Assembly: GCA_026026165.1 (NCBI GenBank)
Contig: JAPEUD010000023.1
Location: 248,001 to 297,859, forward strand
Source: Sarea resinae
Taxonomy: Eukaryota
Length of the DNA stretch: 49,859 bases
Reading direction: 5' to 3'
The translations under genes and the position numbers were made by a program. Numbering within the stretch: the stretch's first letter is position 1; each line of letters starts with the position of its first letter. Shown here one piece after another: positions 36,050 to 47,600 of this stretch. The notes below the pieces were generated by a model. It did not search any database, was not told the origin of the DNA, and worked only from the letters and a program-made list of their open reading frames with translations.

Positions 36050-37409
36050 CTATGAGAAAACATAGGTGGCGGAACCAGACATGACTTGAACCTGAGAGAT
36101 GGTTAGCGACCGAACCCAAACGATCAGATCAAGAGTAACTTACAGTGCAGCCATTGGCGATTTCGCCGTTAGCGTTGTAAAACTTGCCCGAGGAGTACTT
36201 GCAAGAGCCACCTAGATTGTCACCGACGATCTCAACATCGAAATCAAGAGGGGCATCGGTGGTGGGTAGATTCTGCATGATTGAGATCCACGTGGCGCCG
36301 TTAACGGTTCCGACGCCCAGGTTGAGAGGAGCCCAGTTGCCATAGTTGTCGGCAGAGCTGCCCCACGTGCAAGCTTTTTCTTGAGCAACGCCCTTGGGGT
36401 TGACGTAGTACTGAGCAGAGGTGTCGGCATTGTTCCACTTGAAGTAGTTGTTGCCATCAGGGCAAGTCAACGGGTAAGATTGGCCAGCTTCGGTGTTGAG
36501 GGGGACAGTCTCAGACTCAGTACCAGGGTAGTCAGTACGGCAGACGGCAACATTCTGGCCAAGCTTGTTCTGAACATTGACGTTGCCGGTTCCCTGGATA
36601 CAGATGTTCTTGGAGAGGGCAGAGTTGGTGAGATGGAGTTTGCCGCCCTTGCACTGCAGGCCACCGACCGACTGGCCAGTAGCGCCTTGAGTGCTTGGCC
36701 ACTGGGACTTCTGGTAGCCAGCTGGGCAAGCATACGAGCAGAAAGCGCCCTCCTCGCAACCACCAGAGGTGCCAGTGCTGATGTCAGTGACCTGGGTACC
36801 GTCAGAGCTGAAGGTGGGGTTCTGCACGCCGGTCCAGCCACCGAGGTTCATCCAGTCAACAGGGACGGCGCCATAATCGGATGGGAAAGTGGAGCAGTCG
36901 AGCTCCCCATCAGGGAACTCGGCGTCGACGTTGCCGGAACCGCTCGAGCTGGAGCTGCTGGAGCCGGAAGCGCTGGCCGAGCTGGCGGCACTGGAGGAAG
37001 ATGATGCCGCTGCCGAGCTCGTGGCGGAGGTAGCCGAAGACCAAGACGTAGAGGTGGCGGAAGACCAAGAGGTGCTTGATCCAGACGATGAGCTGGCCTG
37101 GAAGAACTCCGCAGCAGCCGAGGACGTGGCAGTAGGAGATGGGGAGGCAGATGAAGCGGCTTGGCTGGCAGTAGCGGTAGCGGCCTCGACCAGAGCGCCG
37201 TTCACTTCGATGTATTTGCCGTCCGAAATATCGCTCGGGGAGATGGTTTGACCGGCCTGGTCAACGTAGACAACGGTGGTGGCACCGGCAATGTCGACGG
37301 TGACATCAGCCTGTCTCTTTTCGGGATGGCGATGGTGGTGGTGACCGTGAGGCTGGGCTGCAGCCAGGGCACCAGCCGTCGCGAGAGTCAATGCAATTGA
37401 GAACTTCAT
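36050..37409 (-). CDS. SUN1: SUN-family (Sim1/Uth1/Nca3/Sun4; GH132) secreted cell-wall beta-glucanase
   Basis: Signal peptide MKFSIALTLATAGALAAA, HGHHHHRH..KR, Ser/Ala-rich stalk, FPDG-LDCSTFPS-YGA, CSYACPAGYQKSQWP, VCRTDYPG-E, TSAQYYVN, GNWAP-N-G-G. Short last exon VQVMSGSATYVFS* after a GTAAG...CAG intron. Confidence 0.95.
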
Positions 37410-37558
37410 ATCGCCGAAATCTATTCGGATCTTTCGAAAGCTATCAACTAAGGATTGGCGCGAAATCTATCGAAGACTTCTTAGACAACGATGATCCAAT
37501 AAGTCGATAATATCAAAGAGCGTTGCAATATTGCTGCGATAGCTTGTTACGGTCGGAT

Positions 37559-37718
37559 CTATCAGGAGGCCTCTCGTCAGCTATTATCTCCCAAAGCATG
37601 CCATGTCCAAGATATATGACAATCAATCATCCAAAGACAAATTGAATCCGAAGAGATTCATCGCATCGAAGAGCAAAGCTGAGACGCATGGTGATCTGAT
37701 GGTGTTTCGGCAACATAC
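37559..37718 (-). other. Probable 5'-UTR intron of the SUN gene
   Basis: GTATGT donor at 37718, GCTGAC branch site at ~37578, TAG acceptor at 37559, with a CT-rich promoter-like tract further upstream (~37880-37940). Confidence 0.5.
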
Positions 37719-39751
37719 TGTAGAGTTTGACAGGGCAATCCTTTGAGATGTCTGTACTGCAAAGGGAAGGCGGCGAGCTTGAACAGAATATGATGAGCGC
37801 TGGGTTTCAAAAGAATGTGGTAGGAAGTAAAAACTTCCTGTTGGACGTAGTTGACAACAGTTGGTGTTGGTGAGAGACGCAGGCAGAGAGAAACGTGAAG
37901 GAAGGAAAGAGAAGAGAGAGAAGGGGGAAGAGAGCGAAAATGAGGACATGTACAGTAGCGAAAGCGAGAAGGGGGGCGTTGTGGTGTGCATGGTGTGTGC
38001 AGGTGTTCCTGTCCCTGATTGACAGTGTGGCACGCTTGGGGGGAAGCTTAGGGTGCTGGTGCTGGGGGGGGGGGGGGTATTTTGGGGGGGGGGGGAGAGG
38101 GAGAATGGGTTGCGTGGTGGGTGTGCGTGGGTATTCGGTAAGTGTTCGGTGTGAATGCCACTTGTGCCTTGTACCTGAAGCTAAAGACAAACAGGGAAGG
38201 CAAGGAACGAGAAAGGACGAGGAAGTACAGGGGGCCACGCATGCCTTGTCGTCGGAACGTGTGTGTGATGTGTGTGAAAGCCGAACGCGCGACGCTGACT
38301 GGCCAATGCCATCGGGCTAAACTTTGACAAGCGAAGACAAATAAATTGGCCAGAAGCGAAATAGGCACGACAGGCAGCCCCAGCAGCACCTCTCATCCTC
38401 TCATCCTCTCATCCTGTCACAACCACTCACTCACTCACTTACTCAGCCCCCGGTCAACCCTTTTCAGGGAGCCATCAGGGGCCGATGGGCCGCGGACCAA
38501 GGAAATTGTTGATCGACGATTCGTCGACAACACCTTGCCCGGAACCGTAGTAGTAGCGGTGGAAGTGTAGTGTAGTGGTGGAGAGTAGTGAGACTGGCGG
38601 TACCAAGGTACAAAGGAACTCATGGGGTAAGGCAGTGAACTGAAATCCAATGAAGTGACATGAAATGAACGGAAATGAAATGAAAGAAATGAGGTAGACC
38701 ACTCTCAGATGAGACAAGAACCACGGCCGGCGGTACAGAAATAGACCAATGCGATGATAATCATCCCAAAGCGATAGAGAGATCTCCTCATACCTTGTGC
38801 TTTTCGTAATAGCTACAGGCTCAAGTCGTCCGGACCTTTCTATTGTTGGCGGTTGCAGGTTTGAGGTTCGTTTGACTAGTACCGGCAAGAGACGCGCGCG
38901 TCGATCAGCTGGATGGGTACCGATATGCTGCTGCTACTGCTGTCGCGGACAGTTTGATTGAGTCGATGCGACTTCTCGGAAGCGCAATCAAATGTCTGGT
39001 AAGAGAGCGTTGGGAGTAAAGGACAGGACTAGCTGTCGAAGACGTATGATATCGTATCGATTCGTGAAGGACAGTGATGTCGTAGTAATCGTGGGGATCA
39101 GTGGATGAGATGATGAGATGATGAGACGATGAGAATGATGGGAATGATGAGATGTGAGCAGAGGGTTGGATCAATCAATGCCACCAAAGGAGTGAGTGGT
39201 GTTTCGCCGTGCGTACAAAGAGAGCGTGTGAGTGTGAGGTGTAAGGACGAAAGAGCAAGAGGTCAAGAGGGCAAGGTGAAGGAGGCCGCGGCGGGGTGGC
39301 TGCCTTTTCTATTCGAGCCTTCTACGCCCGACCATGATTCACGGTTCCATTCACTGCAGAAATTCCTCTAGGCTACTACTGAGGTGATGACTCCCTCACA
39401 CATCAAGAGTGGAGGTGTGCATGGCAAGGGAAAGGACGGACCAGAGTCCAGAGTCCAGAGCCCAGATCTCTCGACTCTCTGTCATAGGATGCGCCTGACA
39501 GACAACCTCACGCTTCATGACATAAAGTGGGATCAATCATGGCATCGGGCAAATCGCAAACGCTCTCGGGGAAAAAGGAAGAGGAAAATCGGAAAAATTT
39601 CGATAGCTCGAGAGCTCGATAGCTGGATAGCTCGATAACTCTGATAGCTCGCCGGCACTCTCTCCTGCCCTGTGGACGCTGGACACTCTGGAGTCGCGGT
39701 GTGTGTTGGTAGCGTCGTCTTGGCCCTGGCCTTGGTCCCGGCAAGAGCGTA

Positions 39752-39789
39752 CAGCATTCGCAGCATTCGCAGCATTCGCAGCATTCGCA
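39752..39789. repeat. (CAGCATTCG)4 tandem repeat
   Basis: Four consecutive 9-bp units are visible. Confidence 0.9.
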
Positions 39790-42700
39790 ACGCCGCCAAG
39801 TTCCCTTAGTCGGTGCACGACGGCAAATGCCCTCAACCTGCCGGCGGCGGATCCGCAGCGGCATCTTCTCCGCTACGCGCCAATGGAAGGCGATCCCACA
39901 CCCTCCTGCAAGGGCAGATCCCCCATCGATCCCCCGTCCGCGCGGTATGCATCCATTGGAGCCGGGGTTACCCACGAGTGAAGGATGCGATCGCCGGAGG
40001 AATGCGATGCTCTCATTGCGCAGCAATGCGACCGTGGCCAGCGCATCAAGAAACAACAAACAATGACCCAGTCATGACAAGTCTACATTCTTGGGGTTGG
40101 GTTGGAGATGCTGCGTGAGAATGGTGTCACGTTTGCGAGGTCGCCTCTGTCGCACGCCTCCGGTCTACGTTTTGCAACTCGGACCGAGAGAGAGAGCTGA
40201 GCCTGAGTAGCTCCTGTCGACAGCTCGCTACTTCCCGGCGGATATCATGATTTCGATTCAAGATGAGCTTCAGCATCAAAGAACAGCGAGTCTGCAATTC
40301 GGTGATGAGCGAGGTAGGGAAGAATGAAGAGGGAAAATTTTTCGATTCTCCACAAAATGTGGGCATCACCGACTCGACGGGCCCCGCTCTCGTGGGTACG
40401 AGTACTCAAGTAGACGGCGATATGGCAAGATCGAGCGACTAGGTGGTCCGCCAAGGGCCGGGATCTGTGCCCTCTCTTTCGAAAGAGGCCATCTCTTACA
40501 AACGGATAACTCAACCATCAGCATTGATGGAGAAGAACAGGGCAGAAAGCAATCACCACGGGACACATCTTGCGCGGCGGATGGCCCTGAGTCTCTGGCA
40601 GAAGACCATCAGGTACTAGGCCGGTAGCGCCGATGCCGGTGCCAATCAGACGAGGCTGTCGAGCAAAGTCCAGGAACCGGCTTTTCCCGCCACGCTGGCA
40701 AAGTGGTCCGGCTTGCCCCAATCGTCCCTAGTCCCTCTGGTCCGGACTAGCAGCCGTGCCAGAGGGACCCACGACAGAGGTCCCGAACGGATGATTGACA
40801 GCTCACGCAACGACTTTCCCATTTTCACCCACATCTGGCGGGAACAGAAGTCTGGGTGCCTGACAGCCTGGCAGGGCAGCATCTGATCTGTCGACTGGTC
40901 GCAATAAGCTTCATTTCGTAGGGCTCTGCCTGTGTATGACTAGTCATAAGGCTTTGGTTAGTCATTTGAGCTTCGGATTTCAGTCATTTTCACACAGTCC
41001 CATTGTTCTCAGAGTCTAGAGTCTGCTTGACCGACTTTTGCCCGCAAACCATGCAGAGGAGCGACACATCGACGTGGTCGGCTGCCGAGCTCGTCATGGC
41101 CAATCATATGCACCCTGGCAAGTCGATGCGCCCTTCTTTCCGGCCAGACCTCCTCACTCCCGAGTAGATAGCTGGGATCGTTTATTGTTGCAAGGAAAAC
41201 ATTTGATCTTGTGTCCAACGAGAACGTTGATGACCCTTGTACAAACGTCGTACGCAGTACTTGAGAGGAAGAGATATGCAGACAATTCAGGTATGCGAAG
41301 ATAATAAGCAGAACTTCCAACGTTAGGCTGGGTCGAGAGCAGGTGGAGGAACGGCAGACAACCTTCCTTGGGGGAGCTGTGATTGAGAAAGTGACTGTGA
41401 GGCGTAAGCCACAGACACGTTGATGCAACGTGGGGCACAAAGGCAGACTTGAGGCAAAGCTAATGATGGGCTTGAGGAGGTTTCCTCGCGCGGTCCAATT
41501 GTCCCGAAAGCTATCATGGAAACTAACCCGGGAAAGACCATATCGATAGCATAGGGCACACGATTGGCGTTCCCTGGCGGCAGCCTTGCCATGGACGGAA
41601 GAGAGAATCGCCCAGCCCGCACCCACCGGGGTCCTTCCAAGCCTTCACTCGGCGTTGATCTATCTAAATCCCGAATTACCCGATCCAACCCCGCATCGAC
41701 GCCTCGAGGGACTCCAAGGGTGCCAGGCTTGTCCGAGCAGGGCCCGGGAATTGATTAGGTACGAATATATTATCTTGTGTAAAAAACAAAAGGCATTTTA
41801 AATCCTCGTTCTTCGAGGCTCGACCTGAACACTTTGTAAGCTATTGCGCGAGGTTCATATGCGGCATTTTTGCCAACCAGAGGATAGGTTCTGATGAACC
41901 TGGTGGAATTGTCACCACGATTGTCAAGAGGACGGAATCATGCAGGATGCGTTCACCGCATGTATCTTCCTGTGTTCCCGTGGCAAAACTGGTTGTGCCT
42001 CCGTCTGAAGAGTTTCCACAATCGATAAAAGGCTTCTCGGAACAAGGCTGATGCTCAAAGAGCTTCTTTTCAGCAGTAGAGGAAGAGTCGGTGACTTCAT
42101 AGAGGGGAACCCTGCCTATGCCATCCGTCCGTTTCCTGTTCTTCCATTTTCCAAGCAGTCGGGATGCCATATCGAGAGCAAGCGTGTTCAGCCCTCGAGG
42201 AAAACCCGACGACGGCCTTAACCTTAACCTCATCTTCGTGTCTCTTGTACGCATATTCCTCTCAATCTGTTGTGCTCCCCACGTGAAACGATCCTTGAAA
42301 GCACTGTCTCATCGCAAGGCTTTTCGAATCCTGAAAAATGTTGGAGGCCCGATACCAACACGACGAGTATGCTTTTCTCCATATGCAACTGGTTGTCGAA
42401 CTACCTGCATCCATTGTATTCAGCTCCGACGGAGCCAGTGCCCCCTCGGATGTCAATGCAAGTGCATTCAATTGAAAAAACACCTGAAAAACCAAACATC
42501 TTTCAACTCAACTCCAGTGTCGATCAGAAAAGTTGAAGTCGTCCGAAAGCGCATCAGATGATATGCATCAAGACACTCCAGCCCGCCACGTCCCGCTCAA
42601 AGCCAAGCTGATCCTCATTCGGCCTTCTAGCGATCGCCACATAGAAAATGCATTGCACCCTACGCCAGAATCGGCCATTTCATCAATGCCGCCGTCCCAA

Positions 42701-43692
42701 GACCAGAGTATCTCGAGTCACGGGTCCGTCGCCGTGGTACAAGCAAAGCGGGCTGTGCTAGTTCACGTAACGATGATGACCTGAGCGTGTTTGTCACAAG
42801 AGCTATAACCAAACGCAGAATTTAGGGATTAGGCATATGAAAGCCAAGATCCTGAGACTTACCACCTGGACTAGTATGGGAAGTCGATGAAGAAGCTTTA
42901 TACCTATCCGAACGCGGTACAGACGCCAGATCACTGATCACACTGATAGCGACTAGTTTTCCCGCAACGGCACCTGGTCGAGACAGGATGGAAGTACGGT
43001 CCGGAACGATAGTTGTTCGGCATTGTCAGCGATCAGCCTCGTACAATAGAACAGCAGAGAAGATCAAGCTCCGAATTGTCGGATGTCATTCGTTTAAATG
43101 CTCCATCAGCACAAACAATAGAACGGACTCGCCACGTATACCTGTGGGTGGAGACAAAATGAGCAAGCAGACTTTGAAATTGATGATATGAAAGCCACAG
43201 TGCTAAGAGTACATGTCGAGAATAGCCACAGTAGGTAAGCATCAAGGACATACATCTCGCCTTTGCCAGGGAAGTGGCGGATTTGAGTGACTATTGTTCA
43301 ATGCGAAACTCCAGATAATGACAAAAGGGATAATCCACTCCCAGCACTTGGTGTGGACAAAGTATCAACGATCAAACTGACCGGCGAGCACTCTGAAATC
43401 CTCCTGCCAGAATGGCATCTCCGAGCATACTTCAAGGTAACGATGCAGAATACTGAAACAAACAAAGAACGAAAAGCGGATGGAGGAAAGTCAGTCGGTC
43501 AGGAGCTGAGAGTATCGTAACTCAGTCTGACTGCTGGACGCGCGTAGATGAGAGCCAACATGAGTTCCTTGACTCGAACCTTCCCAGTCATCGATTGATG
43601 ATGATGGCGCGGGAGCGATATCGAATCACGCAGATGAAGTGGAAGCAGATCGTCGAATGCTGCCGGTTGATCCAGCAGCCTCGTCGAGCCAT

Positions 43693-44640
43693 TTAGTGTC
43701 CTCCGCCAACTAAAGCGATTCTCTCAGATTGGCCATCTGACCTTCGACGAGACTCTTCGCGAATCAAATGCTCAACCAAGTCCCGTTCTCCCGCCCCTTG
43801 AAGTTGTTTAACGTCCCGACCTCCGGCTCCAGCAACCATGTAACCACCCCCTTCTTCGAGCATCAGTGGAGTGACGGGTCCTGGGCTTCCTAGTGGCTGC
43901 AATTTAGGACTCGTAGGTTTAATACCCATCTGGCCTGTTGAGTCTCGGCTGGCTCTTGATGCTTGAGAGAATATGTCGCGCTGGTAGGATTGGAGTTGCC
44001 TCTGTGCGTCTGAGGGATACTGCCGAAGTTGGCCTTGAGGTGAATTCAAACCTGAAGCCGGCGTTGTTGCAGAACTCGAACTGGGTGACTGGTAGTTCGC
44101 CGGGTGGAAGCGCGGTAAAGCCGGGAGCTTGAGAGGGCCGGTCTGGTGGCGGCGTGGCTTGACATGCGGACTGGGTGGGAACATTGACGGGTTCATTGTG
44201 AGTGAATATGGTGAGATTGGACTGTAGATGGGAGGGGAATGTTCGGTACGCATGACAAATCGGTAGGATGACCTTGGTGAGGGGTAACTCTGTGGTATAT
44301 CTGTTTAGGTCGGCAGTGAAGAAGATATTGTATGCGTAGCCGCAAAGGCAGAGAGAAGCGATTTCTTTTATATCCCACACAACCTGCAAGAGGGGTAACA
44401 ATTGGCGAAGACCACTGGTGGTGGTGATGATGATGATGATGATGATGGTGATGATTATTGTGTCGAGATTGGGCGACTGCAATGGTTATAGGCTTAGTGC
44501 GCTGTGGAGAAACAGCTGACGGGAATAATTGTTGTTCGAGCGCTGGTGCCGCAACAAGTGTACGGGTAGCAGGCGAGATTGAAAGAAGGTCCTGCGGGGT
44601 ACCTGGATTTGGGTCGAAAGGGTCTCCGACTGCTAGCAAC
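43693..44640 (-). CDS. Conserved hypothetical Pro/Ser-rich protein with poly-His tract; 5' end unresolved
   Basis: C-terminal exon LKLPALPRFHPANYQS...SDAQRQLQSYQRDI...KPTSPKLQPLGSPGPVTPLMLEE-GGYM resembles a widespread Pezizomycotina hypothetical family (recalled, not searched). Upstream exon TRTLV...TKPITIA...H12...VTPLA joins through a ~44301-44383 intron. Confidence 0.68.
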
Positions 44641-47600
44641 GATCTGCACGCCTCAGAAAAGACGTCGTTGGCCGCTCACGACCCTGCCGAAGGGCCAACG
44701 GATGTTTGATGTTTCTGGGCTTTGGACTACTCGAAAAGGTCGGAGATGCAAGATGATGCTGTTAGTGCCGTTGATGCCGTTGTTGCAGATGGTCGTGATG
44801 ATACAGAGCGGCAGGCAAGAATAGAACAGAACACCGAGGCTCAGATCTCTGAGAGGGCTTTTGTTTCGCTCGTCAGCTGGCATCGTTGATGACGCTCGTG
44901 CTCGTGAATTAATACCTCCAGCGCGACTAGTCTCGACAGGATTTCGTAACCGCGCAGCTACTCGTATCGGAGTGGGCGCAGCGCGAGCGAAGTGGATCTC
45001 GTTTGGGAAGACCTAACGCCTGCTGGTGCGTGTTTGGATGATCAGAAGGGCAGTGAAACTATAACGAGGTGTACTAAGTTTGCATAGGGAGTCGCTGACT
45101 TCCAAGGTTGACATGAGAGATAAGGCCTCATTCACTGTTGATCTATATTGGATCCATGGATATCTTTTTTGATGCCCTGAAGGAGCCCATCTTCTCCGCT
45201 TCATCATTACTTGATCGTGGCAGCTGCTACAGCCTGTCACTCTTCATTATTCGTCGAGACTAGTCGCTCAGTCGACACTCCTACTTCCTCAGAACAATAG
45301 CAGGCTGCATCTTACTTCCAGACGATCTGATCATCCAAATCTGCGTCTGTGGACAGATTCTCGTTGGGGGCATATACAGCAAGTTGAGCGCTTGATCGTA
45401 ACGAAGACCACCTGTACTGTCCTAACAACGTAGCTATCAAAGGATGAGGTGGAGCCCACCAGACGGCATTCAAGACTGCAGTCAGAACAGCCCGAGGAGT
45501 TGCTTCCTAGTTGCCAATGTGCTTCCGGCACCACAGGGCACACATTCAAGCGACGAGTGAGTACCTTCTTCCTTTTCAGGTAAGATGACTTTTCCTATAA
45601 GGTGGCATTGAGATCTGAAGGTGGAATTGGTGTTACCGTCACTGTCAGTGATGATCTGAACGTACAAGTACTGCCACGATGGCGATTTCAATGATTGCAA
45701 CTGATCACTATGAAATGTCGGGGTACTATGGCTTGGATTTGTGTCATCTCAGATACCTTCTCTTCAAAGCTGGTAAGATATCACATCCACTCTCGGACAG
45801 TCACATGAAAGATTATCTCTGCAAGGTCTGAATTGTTCGGCAAAGACTGGAGATAAGATGTGAGCGGCTGATCCCACAAACCTAGAGCGATAGAGATGAC
45901 CGGATGATCGGACTGGAGGTGCTGATAATAATCCACGAATGCCAAAAAGAAGAGGGTTGGTGTTCTGTCCGAAATTTCAGGCTCAGCTTTTGTAGAGGAC
46001 CAGGACAATATGAGTTATTGACCAGGAATGTGAGGTTCGGATTTGTGATACCGTAAACCCAAAAATACCTAGCTGATCCTCCTACCGCTCTCTGTAAAGA
46101 ATGTCGTGCAGCTAAGCAAAGTGCAGAGATGCTGAATCCGAGTTACGCTCCTTCCCGCCACCATAGCAGCCATGGACTCGGGCTCATCTGCACGCGCTCT
46201 AGATAACAGCATCCTTCGAGTTGATAACGAAAGGCTTACTTCGAAGCGGAATGGCATTCCCTGCAAGCGTTTGATGAAGAGACTATGTATGGCCTTGCTG
46301 GGCTCATACGCAATTGATTTTTTTTTTTTTGGTTTCGCTCGGCTTGCTTCCCCAGATGATGAACGATCCTTGACCGACAGAGTCAGGGCAAACGGACGAA
46401 AAGCAGGGATTGACCCCAGATATGCAGAGTCAGCATGGTACTCAAGTGATCGAGAGATTTACAGTGCTAAGTGTATGACGTTTCTCGAGACTGGCCCGTA
46501 CTCTTCTACTATGTAGGCATTATTCTCAAGTGCTGACAGACGCGGCAGGGCATGTGTTTTTTGCAAGATCTGGGCTTTCCACGGAATTGAACTACGCGCG
46601 TTGGCTATATCGGGCCCATGATGGCGGCCGAGGCGGAGCAATAATTGCGCGGACGTGACCCCTCATGGAGTTGAGAAAGTAATGACCTATGGGAACGCAT
46701 CGGCAAGCAAAGTGCATATTGCCATGAGGTTTCGTGCACGGCAGCCCAGGATGTCTCGGACTGGGGATGGAGGGCTTTCGGATGCGACAGGCTGAATCTC
46801 CAGTGGCTAAGTCTTCAGAGGACAGTACCTAGATACCTACCCGCGTATCTTCTAGTACTTCATAGTATGGGTTCCTACCATAGTAGGTTCCCAGATCCAC
46901 CACCATGTAAAGATCTCGTTCGGCCGGATTGAGGTGAATGCGCTAGGGGTCGGCTCCGTCCACCTCTGACGACCTACTATGAGTACTCCGTCCTCCGTAC
47001 AGCGATTCGCCACTCGTCACAAAGAGAGGGCACAAAATCTGACTGATCAGATGTGAGTTGGCATTTTACCCTGCCTACCGTACTAACCCTGCTAGGCTTG
47101 CCATATGCCTCCGACCCCACACTCGGCTCTTCTTCCAGCGTGGGAAAGCAACGGGGCGTCGAGGGCGGAATCTGGCACTGGCGGATCGACTAGGTCCTGT
47201 TTCATTGGGAAAATGCTCGACGTGAGGTGGGTCCTGGTCCTGTCGATAAGATAGGCACGAAGGCCCTCATAAGGTACCAGACTGTCATACCAGTCCCGCC
47301 GCAACCTACTACGTAGTACCTTCTCTATTCGCAACGAGAGACGATTCCCACACTTGGCCAATGGCTTCTACTACCCTGATGGGGTTAATCCATCGCAGGT
47401 TCACCAAGATTCAACAGGGACTGCAGATCCAATCAATACTCGAGTAGTCGATCCATGGATGCAGCAGCCAGTCTGATGTAGGATAGGATCCTCGGGCCAA
47501 TGTGGATGGGCAATAGAGTATTGAAGGGAAGTACGCAGTATGAAGTACGTTAGTACTACTCGGAGTACATGCGCCCTCAGCCTACGGTAGATACCGAGGA

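Noticed and set aside
39508..40059. 183-aa ORF with CECCECCECC as a metallothionein-like protein
   Set aside because: The Cys pattern is simply the translation of the (CAGCATTCG)4 repeat; there is no other coding evidence.
41841..42254. 137-aa ORF as a gene
   Set aside because: No recognisable motif or supporting exon structure; kept only as an orphan candidate.
42821..42834. TTAGGG as an interstitial telomere
   Set aside because: A single unit, expected by chance.
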